DNA from: Guillardia theta CCMP2712
Taxonomy: Eukaryota; Protista; Cryptophyta
NCBI RefSeq assembly: GCF_000315625.1
Contig: NW_005434657.1
Location: forward strand, 684,388-748,387
Reading direction: 5' to 3'
Length of the DNA stretch: 64,000 nt
This document shows positions 52,442 through 64,000 of this stretch, one piece after another; position 1 is the stretch's first letter; the number at the start of each line of letters is the position of its first letter. The notes beneath the pieces are model-generated. The model worked only from the letters and a program-made list of their open reading frames with translations. It was not told the origin of the DNA and searched no databases. A program made the translations under genes and the position numbers.

Positions 52442-55400
52442 ATGGTGCGGGGGGTAGGAAGCAGGACCGTTGCTCTTTCCCCTCCTGCTCGCTCCTCCTC
52501 TCCTCCTCTCCTCTCTCGTTCCTCTTCTCCTCCCTGCGTTACCTCCTCTTCTCCAACCTCACAACTGTTGTAGTGCTGCTGCAGTAGCTGTCCTCCAGCT
52601 CGTCGACAGCGCTTTCTCACGCTACAAACTGCCAGCGTCATGTTTTCTCAAGACGAGGATCATGAAAACCAGGTATGATATGCTCAAGGCACTGGCGTCG
52701 TTCTCACACAAGAGCTTCAGTGCAGCATTGATGCTGAAACTTACCTTGATGGAGAGAACAAAGACATGTTTTCTTCCAGCAGTAGCGACTTCGAGGAGGA
52801 CCCTGGTGCTTACCGCAACGACCAGGACGCAAGCGGCACAGCTGTGAACCTTCAAGGCACTGGCCATGATATTGCTCGACATCTTCTGCCGTCGCGTCCT
52901 GGGCCAGGGCATACGGTTTACTCTGATTGGAAGACGGAGGAGTACGATCCGAAGCTTTACAGGCTGAACATCATTGGTAAGTGCTGTATAGGGGAGGAGC
53001 GACGACTGAGTGTTGGTGATGCAGATTACTTTCACGATGTCGAGGGGCGATCTCGGCCATACGTGGAGGATCAGGAGTACGAGGGTTCAAACATTCGCGC
53101 TCAAGATTATTGGTCAGGCTCGTAGTTTGCTCGACGTTGTGCTCACACAACACATGTGACAGGAACCTGAAGCGGATAGCTAGACAGATCAAAAAAGGAT
53201 TTCAGTCCACCGACAGCAATTTTTGTAGATACTACCAGAAAGAAAATCTCGCAAAGATAGAGCAACTTGTCCCCTCTCGACAGGTAGCTTGCGTCTGCTC
53301 CTGCCATGCTGTAACTGCCGGCGCTCAGGTTAAGTTCGAGGCTGGAGCGAGGATACGAAGATCTCTGAGCTTGTATGTATCATGTCTTTGTGTCACTTCC
53401 GTCTCATGGCGTTCAGGTACGCCTGGAGGTATCGACGTCGCAAGGCAGCGATCAAGATACAGGCGACGTACCGCATGCACCTCGTCAAGTTTGTGGTGCA
53501 GAAGGAGAGGGCGGAGCGGAGGCAGAGGAACATGGAGCTCAACGCAAGAGAGGAGGTCGTCGTCTCTCCTCGCATGTGGGCATGCTGACCTCTCCTTTCA
53601 GCTGGCAAGAGAGAGGGAGGAAAAGAAGACGGCTGCCTCTCGCCGCAAGACGAGGGTGCGACGTCCCCTTGTACCGTCAGAGATGCTGAGGGCTGGTATG
53701 CAGGGAACGGCGAGCAGAGGAAAGACGGTTGAGATGAAGGAAAGGAAGGAAACAGCGACGAGTGATAGCGCAGGGTCGATAGAGAGCAGAGCGATCACAA
53801 ACAAAGGAGTCACGTTTGAAACCATGGACATGGAAGACAAGGATGAGCTGAAACATGAAGATGCAGAGGGCATGAAGACTGAGATGTTATCTTTTGTGAG
53901 TTTTCTGGTGACTTCGACGTTTGTGTACCCACTTTGCTTGACCTGCGACTGAGAATGATCGTGACTGTTGTCTTGTTGTGCAGACCAACACAGGTTCAAA
54001 CTTGGAAGCAGAGATTCTTGTTCTGCAATACGAGGTGAAGCTCGGCAAGGCTGCTCATGTCTTGTTCATGCCATCCACAGGACGAGAGCGAGGAGGAGGG
54101 GACTGAGCAATCGGAGACGTCCTCGTCTTCGTCGACAGATTCGGAAGATGACGAGTATAAGGTGTCGAGAAAGTTCATTGATGGCATGCCTGATACAATT
54201 TGCGTTCATAGGAGGAGCTGAAGAGGATCAAGACTCTGTTGAAGCAGAACGGCATGTCGCGCGTCGATATCTCTCCTCTCCTCGCGCTGGTCCGAAGGTC
54301 CAAGGAAGAAGACGCAAAGTTCAGCGCCATCGAGCAGAGCAAGCTGGAGATGGTCCGCACGATCCTCCAGGCAGACGACAAGATGCGAGATAAGTGCGCG
54401 GCTTTCGTGCAGGCGTTCTGGAGAGGAAAGATGCAGCGAAGAGCGTTCGAGGAGGAGAGACGACAGCAGAAGCTGCAGGCCAAGCTAAGGAGGGATCACT
54501 GCATGGCCACTAACATCGCCCGTACCTTCCGAGGTCACATTGCCCGCCGCCTCTTCCGCTACTCCCTGCTGCACGCGCAGAGGAACGAGAGGATCTCGCG
54601 GGTGCTGGAGAACGAGCGGCTGGTGCGCAAGGTCATCCAGGAGAAGCTCGCGGCGCTTCGCCGTCAGCTCTCCATCGCCGTCAAGCACGTGCAGCGAGTG
54701 TTCCGCGGGCACCTGGGGAGGAGGAGGATGGTGGCGCAGCGGAGGTTCGCATGGGAGCTGCTGCTTCACTCTGCCGCTCGGAGGATCCAGCGGATGTATC
54801 GCGACTACGTGGACAGGCAGTGGGCCGCGTACGTGGGGAAGGGAAACCTGCAGGTGCTGGTGGGGAGCAGAGCAGCGGCGGTGATGAGGATCAGGAGGCA
54901 GAGGAGGGCGGGGGAGCAGGGAGGGTCATACACGCTGAAGCCTCCTCTTGCAAGCTTCTACCACAAGGACGTGGTCAACAGCGCGAGTAACCTCGAGGAC
55001 GGCGTGCCCGCGCGAGTCCTCCCTCAACAGGCTCCCCTCCTGCGAATCCCGCCCTCCATGCCGGCTAGCGAGAGACTGAGAAAGCGGTGGGGGATGAAGG
55101 AGGAGGCGGTGCTGGACTCGACTGCTAGGGTTCTCAGCTTGGCTTCTGCGAAACTTGAGTCCCTGCGTGACTTCCAAGGGGGGGATGATGATGATGATGA
55201 GGAGGAGGAGGAGCAGGAGGAGGAGGGTAAACCCTTGAGGAACACCATGGGAGAGCACGCAAGTTTCAATGTGCTGACCGGGACCGAAGCTTACACCGGG
55301 AGAGAGGACGTGGCGAATGGTAGAGGAAGGAGGCCGGACGAGGGCAAGCAAGCGGAGGAAGGGGACAAGGTTGGGGCTGACGTTATGGAGGATCATGGCA

Positions 55401-55975
55401 GGGAGGAGGAGGGGGCAGCAAGAGAAGGTCAGGAGGAGGTAGAGGACGGGAGGCTTCTTGAGGCGAGGAGGTACCGGGAGGAGATGGCGAGGGGAGAGGC
55501 CTTGTTCGGCACTGAGCTGGAGCGATTTCACGTGGCTCCGGGGCAGGCTCAGATCATGCCCAACTACCTGCGGCTGCAGTTCCGCGAGTCAGCAGAGCGG
55601 AGCAGGAGGAAGAAGCTCGCGGCGCTGGGAGACCTGGAGGGAGCGAGGCAGGTCAGGAAGTCGGAGCTAGCAAGGGGGTCGATCCTCCACTTAGCGCGGG
55701 CTCGGGATGAGGTGTACACGAGCCGGGGGATGCGAAAGGTGGGGGGAGGAGGCTTGCCGATGTGGGACCAGGTCATGGAGGATGAGGAGGAGGTGGAGGA
55801 CCTGGAGGCAATCATGGGAAGGAGGGAGAAGGACCGGCAAATGCGATGGAGAAAGCTCAAGATCGGTGCTCCCAGCATGAGCCAGACGGTGAAGAGCAGG
55901 GAGCTGGATGTGCTGAGGAAGGGGAGGGGAAGCGAGAGGAAGGAGGCGAGTAGGCTGATCAGAACGATTAGGTAG
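52442..55975 (+). CDS. IQ-motif (calmodulin-binding) protein
   Basis: AAIKIQATYRMH, AAFVQAFWRG, IARTFRGHIAR, VQRVFRGHLGR, AARRIQRMYR. The last exon is open for 578 codons. Confidence 0.85.
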
Positions 55976-56079
55976 CAGACAAGCTCGAGGGTCGGGTGAA
56001 TGTAAAGTATCCAATAGATGAAATAAGATGTCTCACCTCCCTCCCTCCCTCCCTCCCTTCTCCTCCTCCTCCTCTAAGA

Positions 56080-56563
56080 TCATTTCAGCTCCTGCTCGCC
56101 TTGCTCCATGAATGAGGTCAGCATTCGCTTCACCCCTGCTCGATACTCCAACGCCAACTTCCGGCGAACTTGCGTCGCCTCCTCCCCCTGCCATGACAGA
56201 CCCACTTCAGACAAGCTGCTCTGTCCTGCCCACATTCCTCTTCTCTTCCTCCCCTCCCCTCTCCCCTCCTCCACCACCTCCTACTTCTCCTCCTCCTCTC
56301 CCTGCGCCCTCTCATCGCCCTCCTGACTCTGCTCTTCACTTGTCTGCGCTCTCACCGGCTTCAGCTTCTCCTGCTCATCATCGGTCAGCAGGGATCGGGT
56401 TGATGGCACAAGCACCATCTCCTTGTCGTCGTCAGCCAGAGACGTCTCCATCCTCTTCAGCTCCTCCTCGCACAGGCTGATCACCTTCCTTATCGCCTTC
56501 GCCCGCAGCTCCTGCGTCACATGTTAGATTTACAACATCTCCTTGTCCTCGTCCTCGTCGACA

Positions 56564-56598
<35 letters not shown>

Positions 56599-59547
56599 AA
56601 TTACCTTCGTGCGTTCGGGGGACAAGCTGGAAGAGCACATGGTGAAATGGCCAATCGCAGGGCTGAAGGAATCCTCGAAGTCCGGCAGCTCGTCCACAGT
56701 GGCGTACGCGAGCTGTAGAGAGGACAGCAGGTGGCCTGAAAGAAGCGAAGAGACGACAGTGAGACGAGGAGCAAGCAAGGGATGTGATGATGGTGATGCA
56801 AACGATGATGATGATGATGATGATGATGATGGTACTGCTGCTGCTTATGCTGGTGGTGGTGGTGATGATGATGATGATGAGAGGAGGGGGGTGGGGGAGA
56901 AGGAGGAAGAGGAGGAGGTAAAGGAGGAGGAGGAGTGTTATCAGATCGAGAAAATCCATAAGAAGAACATGAGGAGGAGGAGACGACCAGAAGCTTCGAC
57001 GCTGCCAGGTCGGATAGCAAGAGGAGCTTCACAGGCATCCGCAGTCTGCAGCTTCTCAAGCTTGAGCTTCACCTAACAAGTTGAGAAAACAATCAGGATG
57101 ACTCAAGGACGTCGTTCCAGAGGAGAGAGGAGAGAGGAGAGAGGAGAGAGGAGAGAGGAGAGAGGAGAGAGGAGAGAGGAGAGAGGAGAGAGGAGAGAGG
57201 AGAGAGGAGAGAGGAAAGAGGAGAGAGGAGAGAGGAGAGAGGAGAGAGGAGAGAGGAGAGAGGAGAGAGGAGAGAGGAGAGAGGAGAGGGAGGGGGAAGG
57301 GGAAGAAACAATCAAGAAGAGTCCAGTGCAGAGGAGAGGAGGAATGGGGAGGAAATGCTAACCGTATCGAGACTCTCCTGCAACTCAAGCTCGCAAACGT
57401 CTCCGAGCAGCTCAACAAGATCCTGCAGAGATCGAGAGGGTGAGGAGGTGGCACGGGGAAACTCAGTGACCTTGTACAGAACGAGGTACTCGGCCTCGTT
57501 GTCCCGTAGGACGAGCCCATGGGCAGAGAGAAGCTCGATGTTGGTCTCCAGTCCGTACGGTAGCAGCACCTCCTCCCCGGCTCTCCATTCCCTAGTCGGA
57601 GGATGACGAGGGAGAGAGGGAGGAGGAAAAGGAGGCACCTTGTTGAGCAGATGTCGATGTAAGAGTCTTGTAACGCAACTCTCAGCGTCGTCGAGGTGAC
57701 AGCACAGCAGCGCACAGCGCACAAGGACAGGATGAGCATCAGACAGGGGGGAGGATTTGAGGAGAAGGTTTCACGACACAGGACGGGATCAAACCTCCGT
57801 CATCCCCTTGAACGACCTTGTGAAAATCGTCAGTCATGAACATGCCAGGCAGCGACCGGACTACCTGCCAGGGGTTCTCGAGGATCTCGAGAGAGTCTTT
57901 GAACTCGGACTCCAGCTTCGCCCTTTCACCGCATCACGTCCTCCTGCAACCAGCCGCCTCATACCATGTGACGGGGGACTCGGGCAGGTGGTTGAAGAGG
58001 TCTGCGGCCTACAGGAGTTTGAGGTCGGATATGACTTGACTCTCTCTCTCTTACAGGCACAAGACTACGGGCTGGTCGGGCAAAGTCCTCGTTGCTGTCC
58101 AGCAAGAACGATCGGCTCCTGACGATACTGGCGGTTGAGCTTGTCAAAACCAGCTGATCAGCGCTGAGAGTCTCACCCGAGCGCCCACTTGAGACGCTCC
58201 TCGTCCAGGTTGTTCTCCTTTGCACAATCACTGGGAGCAACATGAGCTAGCGATCGGCGGCAGTCGGAGGACGCGACGCAACTTTGACTGCGACCGCTCC
58301 ACCCACCTTACAAGCTCATCGAAGTGCAGCTTGAGAGCCTGTAACAAGGAGAAGAAGCAGGAGGAGGAGAAGAGCAAGGAAAAGGAGGCAAGGAGGCAAA
58401 AGAGGAGGAGGAGGAGGAGGAGGAGGAGGAGGAGGAGGAGGAGGAGACTTCAGAAATGGAAAAGCAAGGCTGTCGAATGAGGAGGATTTCCTTGATTTCT
58501 TCAACGGCAGGCTCGAACTGAAGCTGCTCGATCTCCTCTAAATCCCACATGACCTGTCATCGCACGTTTTATGCATAAGAATCGCCTCGTGCTCGCTCGA
58601 GTCAACCGCTGAGTGGAGAGCTGTCGGCAGAACAGCATTGGCATACTCTTGCCAGAGTTTGCTCTTCTGAGCAGAGTGGAGGTTCATCAGCTATGTTGAC
58701 ACCATCGACGTTGCACGTACTTGTTCGTTTTCATCTCCTGATTCCTCCAGCACCTGACAAGATCCTCAGCTCGCTGCAAGCTCATCGCACGCTGCGAGCC
58801 TGCAAGAGGTTGACCGCCAGCCGAATGTCTGAGGAAAGCTCGCCCTTGATGCTCTTGGCGGGTACAGTAATGGCCAAGTCTGTTCGACCACTCAGCCTTC
58901 ATGGCAGCAGAGGGATGGCCAACCCAAAGGAACGCTGATCAAGACGTCTCCAGGCTGTATGCTCTTCTTGGCTATGAATCCAAGGTCACAAGTGCCCGTG
59001 TCCTACCGTGAGTGAGGAGGATCGAACAAGCGTCAGGTCAGTTTGTGCCTGAGTCTTGGTGAGCTCGAGGAGGGTGTTGTCAATGTCCTGCCATTGCTTG
59101 TGAGGAGATGGATAGATTACCACTGATCTTCTTGCAGCTGATCTTCTACAGACGGTCGAGCAGGTAATCGACTTACAGGTAAAATGTCCATCTTTTCCCA
59201 CAAGGACTTCTGGAAAGATGGCCAACCTTGGTCTGGTGCAAGGGTTCACAGAGGCAGAGACTGGAGTCAGCAGTTAACTTACTGGCTTGCAACGAGCAGC
59301 GGGAGGTAACTAGTCCTCGACATCTCTGTAGCTTGCATGCGCTTTTTTGTATTGAAGCACCGCGGAACGAGCTTAATGTAGGGGAAAATGCAACGAGGGG
59401 GGAGGAATGGTGTGATGGAGACGACAGTGAGGAGAAGGAGGAGGAGAAGGAGGAGGAGGAGAAGGAGGAGGAGGAGGAGGAGGAGGAGAAGGAAGACGCT
59501 GAAGTAGCAAGCGACAGGGGTAGGAGGAAAAGGAACCACACAGTCAT
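56080..59547 (-). CDS. SET-domain lysine methyltransferase (Rubisco LSMT/SETD3-like) with a probable plastid leader
   Basis: WDLEEIEQLQ, GGLIP, AGEEVLLPYGLETNIELLSAHG, C-terminal LALEYRAGVKRML. N-terminus MTVWFLFLLPLSLATSA followed by a Ser-rich segment. Confidence 0.8.
57121..57290. repeat. Intronic (AGAGAGG)n heptamer array
   Basis: Seen directly. Confidence 0.95.
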
Positions 59548-59857
59548 TGCGGCTGCTCGGCCCCCCGAGAGAGAAAAAAAAGGGGGGGCAGAGCCGTAAA
59601 ATGTTGTTTTTTTCTCTATCCTGCAAATAACCGCCAAACTGACATGTTGACTTTTTTTATCCCTGAGCCGCCGCCAATGGAGGGACGAACGTTTGCGGCT
59701 ACCCCCTCTTCCTCCCTCCCCTCCCTCCCTCCTCCTCCTCTATCACGTTCAGATCGTTCTCCTCTTGTCCTATCCTCCTCTTCCTTCCTCTGAGTCATTG
59801 CCGGCTGCCTTCTTGTACCGCCCCATTCGCATGCGTCGTCTTACTCCTCGCGCGACT

Positions 59858-62800
59858 ATGGCGGGCAAGTACGTCAAGATCTTGATCATGCTCTCAGCAG
59901 TCAGCAAAGCATGTTGCGTCAAGTCCATTAGCAACTTCAGCCCTCGTACGGTGCCTATCAATCTTGCATGGACAGTGGAATTGATTGGTTCTGAACTTTC
60001 TTCAACGGACATGCTTGCAGTTTTGACCGACGCCAGCAGTTGCGACCAGAATTCAACGTTATACTTCTCTGTTCCTTCTACACGTATGTACTCAGTATCT
60101 GAGGCTGGGACTTCCGCAACCGTGACTGCTCGAATTTCAAGCCCAGGGACTTTTTCAGTGTGCTTCTACTTTTCTGACTCGAAGGCTTGGAAAACTATTG
60201 GAACCGTCCTTGTCAGTCCTCCAAATGTGACAGCGTTGTCTTTGCCCTCGCAAATGAATCTTGGGAATCAAACTGGTTCACAACCTGTATTGCAATTTCT
60301 GTCACAGCATGATTATTCTTTGCAACTTTCTGGCGTTGGTTTGGTTGTTAACCAGAATTTGCTTTCGCTGAGCTGGAAACCAGACAATTGCTCGAACGAT
60401 TTATCTATGCCAGGAGGGACCAACGTCGGACTTTCAACTGCAAACAATGAAGGGACGAGCGGAACCTTCACATTCAGATTGACATCGCCCGATCCGTATG
60501 ACAAGCTTGCGCTTTGTTTGAACTATTCTCGAGGGAACAGGATTTACGAAGTTTACTCTTATGGATTACCATTTGCAAATGCAAAGCTGGAGGCTCCGAT
60601 CTATGCGACTTGGACAGCGAGATTGCAGAACAATCAAGAAGTAAATGCCGTGAGTCCCAGCAATCAAGTGACCTTCATCGTGCAAGGTACCAACATCTGG
60701 ACCAGTCAACTTCAAGCTTCATGTAGCATGGCTTTGACGCCGTACGTGATCTGTATCAAGATAGCCACAAGCTGCGATGGGGCCTTCACTGATACGTCTG
60801 ACATAAGTGGAGGCGACAGTGTTCTCCTTACAGATCGAGGCGCGAACTCAGGACAAGCTGTTGTGACATTCTCCACCACAACCAACGACATTACTGCCAA
60901 AGTGTGTGCTCGAATGGCTGGGACTACTGTTTGGACACAGGTCGGAAACTCAACGTTCTTGATCCGGGCTCCTTACTTCCAAGCAATCTCACCGGTTCTG
61001 GACTCATCCGCAGCTTTTTCTGTCACCTTGACAGGGGGTGGATTCAACGCCAATACCTTCGTTAAGATAACCGATGATTGCTCGATATCACCAACGAGTG
61101 ATACTAGCAACATCAAAGGTGGAGACGGTCGAAGTTGTACTCCGGTTTCGGCTACACAATGCATCGTTGACTTCAGTGGATTGATTTCCGACATTGATAC
61201 AGTAGGAGAGGTGTGCATGAGGGACCTTGGGACAAGCTATAAGAGTGCTTTCAACCAGTCGCTGACGAAAGCGGGGAGCGTTCTCATCTACAAGTCTGTA
61301 GTGATCAATGCGACTCTTCCCAGCTCAGCGCGGTCAGGGCAGCAGTTCTCCATCACTGTCGGTGGTAGCAGGATGTTTGCCAGCGGTCAAGGAAGCTTCC
61401 AATTCAAGTTTGCGTCGAGCTGCTCCAGCTCGCTGACAGACGTGTATGGAAGCACTGTGTCACTGACTGTCAGTGCAGATCGTAGTGTCGGGACAGCATC
61501 TTTCATCTTGGGAGCCATGTCCAACAAGACGGTCTACCTGTGCTACAAAAGGACATACAGCACTGTCTTTTCCCCGCTCAGCAACTATGCTGTCTTCCTG
61601 CAAGAGATGGTGGTTCATTCCTTCACGCCAGACCAAGTCAATTCTAGAACTCCTTTCTCGCTCTCGTTGACTGGTTCAAACCTGATTGTCTCGGCGCTAC
61701 AAGTCAAAATCTCCTTCGATTGCTCGCTCAACACCGACAGCGATACCACTCAAGTCATCCAGGGAGGAGCCGGCAAGACTTCGTCTGACGGCGTTTCCTT
61801 TGGGTTTGAGCTCGTGTCAACGATCCTGGTATCTCAAGCTCAAGTCTGCTGGAGGCTCGTCGGCTCCTCGTACAAGCAGGCAGGCTCCTCCTCCCTCGCC
61901 CTGCAGCCCATCCAGATCACTTCCTTCACACTCGCCAACCTCGTCAGCCTCGGCCAAATGTTGGCCATCGAGCTCGTCGGTACCACTGGGACAGGAACAA
62001 CTCCCATCTACGTCAAGGCAGCGGCAGACTGCTCCTCCAATGCCGACAACGTCGGGACCATCCCAGGCTCGGAGGGTCAGGTCGCGACGATTGAGAACTC
62101 GAAGCTTGTGGTGAAGATGCTGATGCTGACAGTGCAGCCTGTGACGCTGATGCTGTGCTGGCGGGTTGCGTCAAGCCCGTACATGAGGGTCGGTCAGCAG
62201 TCGATCTCTCTCCCTGCGTTCTCCATCACTCAGATTCAGACCTCCTACGCCATCTCCGGGGTTCCCTTCATCGTCACGTTGGTCGCCCAGCCTGCCGTCG
62301 CGTTTCCTGAGCTCTCGTCGAACCTGCCGATCAAAGTGAAACTCGCGAGAGACTGTCAGACCTACTCGATGTCAGACGCGAGCGACGTGACGGGAGGGGA
62401 CGGGAGGGTGCTGGACTCCATGTCAGCTGGACGAGACCTCGCCCTGTACTCGTTCAACATTCAAGTCTACGAGACGACAACCCTGCAGGTCTGCTGGACC
62501 ATGAAGACAACCTTGTACGGATACTCGTGGATCGGCCAGACCTGGTTGCTGACTGTCTACCCGGCCTCAGCTGTCGTCTCAGCTGTCAGCCCTGCTGTCC
62601 CTATGGTGAACCAGCCGGTCACCCTGACGCTGCTGGGAGATCTCGGCCTGCTCAACTCTGCGATGATCCCCGTAAAGGTCAAACTGTCGCGGCAGTGCCG
62701 AGGGAAGACGAACTTCAACGGGCTGGTCGACATAGTGGGAGGAGAGGCAAGAGTGATCGAATGTGCGAGTAAGAGCACTGCATGCGCCATCCAGCAAACC

Positions 62801-64000
62801 TGTGGGAGCGACGCAGTCACTGCCTCCATCTCCTTCGTCCCCAATGTCGCCGTGTCAGGCTATCAAGTCTGCATCGCCATGCAGTCTCCTGACTTGATCT
62901 CCGGCACCTGGCAGACTGCTTCCTTCCTCTCTGCCGTCCCGTCGATCTCCCGGCGAATCTGGTCCCCCGCCATCTTGAACGCGAGCCTGGAGGACAACAG
63001 CTTCCCCGTCCTCGGCGTTCCCTTCACTGTCCTCTTCCTCGGCGTTGGGTTTTCTGACTCCGGCGATCGGGTCAAAGTCAAGATGATCCCGGGCAACCAG
63101 CTCTGCGGCTATCCCTTTGCCCCCGTCGGGCCCAGTTGCCAGTGCACAGGAGGAGGAGTAGCCTTGTCTGCGGGAGCTTGCCAGTGTCTCCCCACCTCCT
63201 CCGACTTCTCCCTCATCCCCAACAGCCTCGTCTCCTACATCCATGCAGTGAACGCGTCCTCTGCCATCCTCTCCATCACCAGCGCCGTCAGCGGAGAGGT
63301 GCGGCTGTGCTCGACGGTGGAGGCCGCCGATGGGACCAACAGCCCCTACGAGGAGGTGATGCATTTCAGCATCCTTGCGCCGGTGGTGGACTGTGTCTCT
63401 CCTCCCATCGTCTCCTACCAGAGCAGGACGAGGATGCGGCTGGTGGGGCGAGGGATCAGCGGAGCTGACCAGCTCAAGCTCGTCTCCTCCTCCCTCTCCT
63501 GCTCAGCGGCCTCTGTTCTCTGGTTTTCTCCTCTCCAGCTCTCTCAACTCTTCGACGCTCGGGTGGATCCGCGCGGGCAGTGGGCCACCTTCACTCTCGT
63601 CTCCCCAGCTGAGGGAAGTGCTGGAGGAAATAGCTTCATCGTCTGCTACTCCTCCTCCTCCTCCAAGGGAGTCTTCGTAGCTGTCGGAGAGGGGGGGCTG
63701 CAGCTTGACCGAGCGAGGGTCAGCAGTGTTTCTCCTTCCTCGGTCTACCTCGGAACATCCTTCATGCTCACGGTGAGAGGAAGCGGAATGAGCGAGAGTC
63801 ACTCCATCTACCTCGTCCCCTCGCAAGCTTCATGCAGCTCCTCCTCCTCCTCGCCATGGACGCCTGGACCTCTGACTTGTGACCTCTCGACTGGATCTGA
63901 GCGAAACTGCGCAGTGAGCATGAGCTATGATTTGACGTCCGCCGTCGTTCAGCCCATCAACTACTCCGTCTGCTACTCCACCAGCACCAGCAACTCAACT
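59858..64000 (+). CDS. Large intronless secreted protein with tandem ~100-110-aa Ig/IPT-like Cys-paired repeats, truncated by the window end
   Basis: Signal MAGKYVKILIMLSAVSKACC. The frame stayed open wherever I translated it, and the ORF track lists no closed ORF in it. Recurrent F-x-(L/V)-x-L-x-G, (V/I)K-x3-4-C, GG-x-G and (V/L)C(W/Y) pattern. Confidence 0.85.
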   Translation, partial: MAGKYVKILIMLSAVSKACCVKSISNFSPRTVPINLAWTVELIGSELSSTDMLAVLTDASSCDQNSTLYFSVPSTRMYSVSEAGTSATVTARISSPGTFSVCFYFSDSKAWKTIGTVLVSPPNVTALSLPSQMNLGNQTGSQPVLQFLSQHDYSLQLSGVGLVVNQNLLSLSWKPDNCSNDLSMPGGTNVGLSTANNEGTSGTFTFRLTSPDPYDKLALCLNYSRGNRIYEVYSYGLPFANAKLEAPIYATWTARLQNNQEVNAVSPSNQVTFIVQGTNIWTSQLQASCSMALTPYVICIKIATSCDGAFTDTSDISGGDSVLLTDRGANSGQAVVTFSTTTNDITAKVCARMAGTTVWTQVGNSTFLIRAPYFQAISPVLDSSAAFSVTLTGGGFNANTFVKITDDCSISPTSDTSNIKGGDGRSCTPVSATQCIVDFSGLISDIDTVGEVCMRDLGTSYKSAFNQSLTKAGSVLIYKSVVINATLPSSARSGQQFSITVGGSRMFASGQGSFQFKFASSCSSSLTDVYGSTVSLTVSADRSVGTASFILGAMSNKTVYLCYKRTYSTVFSPLSNYAVFLQEMVVHSFTPDQVNSRTPFSLSLTGSNLIVSALQVKISFDCSLNTDSDTTQVIQGGAGKTSSDGVSFGFELVSTILVSQAQVCWRLVGSSYKQAGSSSLALQPIQITSFTLANLVSLGQMLAIELVGTTGTGTTPIYVKAAADCSSNADNVGTIPGSEGQVATIENSKLVVKMLMLTVQPVTLMLCWRVASSPYMRVGQQSISLPAFSITQIQTSYAISGVPFIVTLVAQPAVAFPELSSNLPIKVKLARDCQTYSMSDASDVTGGDGRVLDSMSAGRDLALYSFNIQVYETTTLQVCWTMKTTLYGYSWIGQTWLLTVYPASAVVSAVSPAVPMVNQPVTLTLLGDLGLLNSAMIPVKVKLSRQCRGKTNFNGLVDIVGGEARVIECASKSTACAIQQTCGSDAVTASISFVPNVAVSGYQVCIAMQSPDLISGTWQTASFLSAVPSISRRIWSPAILNASLEDNSFPVLGVPFTVLFLGVGFSDSGDRVKVKMIPGNQLCGYPFAPVGPSCQCTGGGVALSAGACQCLPTSSDFSLIPNSLVSYIHAVNASSAILSITSAVSGEVRLCSTVEAADGTNSPYEEVMHFSILAPVVDCVSPPIVSYQSRTRMRLVGRGISGADQLKLVSSSLSCSAASVLWFSPLQLSQLFDARVDPRGQWATFTLVSPAEGSAGGNSFIVCYSSSSSKGVFVAVGEGGLQLDRARVSSVSPSSVYLGTSFMLTVRGSGMSESHSIYLVPSQASCSSSSSSPWTPGPLTCDLSTGSERNCAVSMSYDLTSAVVQPINYSVCYSTSTSNST

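Overview
Eukaryotic nuclear DNA with five N-gaps. It is gene-dense, with many short (~45-60 nt) GT-AG introns and longer introns filled with simple repeats. Two genes carry signal peptide + Phe-type transit leaders, which fits an alga with a secondary red plastid; a cryptophyte such as Guillardia is my inference and is not verified. From left to right: a 5'-truncated CRE-like non-LTR retrotransposon with a YADN motif, abutting a 236-bp tandem/inverted repeat family and a 24-bp-TIR MITE; a LysM-CBM-GT49 glycosyltransferase; mitochondrial Rieske protein; a TPR-GT23 (FUT8-like) fucosyltransferase; ISY1 head-to-head with DDX20/Gemin3; a lipase; a coiled-coil protein; a small putative plastid protein; a Cys-rich secreted protein; PDZ-SHOCT; a coiled-coil/SH3 protein; an orphan first exon of RPS16; a cytosolic carboxypeptidase; a LamG-ricin-Ig-LysM protein; an unknown secreted protein; an NHL-repeat pseudogene; an IQ-motif protein; an LSMT-like SET protein; and the start of a >1380-codon intronless Ig-like repeat protein. 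The best leads are the YADN RT with its structured repeat array, the LysM-GT49 fusion, the orphan RPS16 exon, and the strand-switching GGGGT/AACTT intergenic islands. Gene ends and splice sites were read by eye and are approximate.
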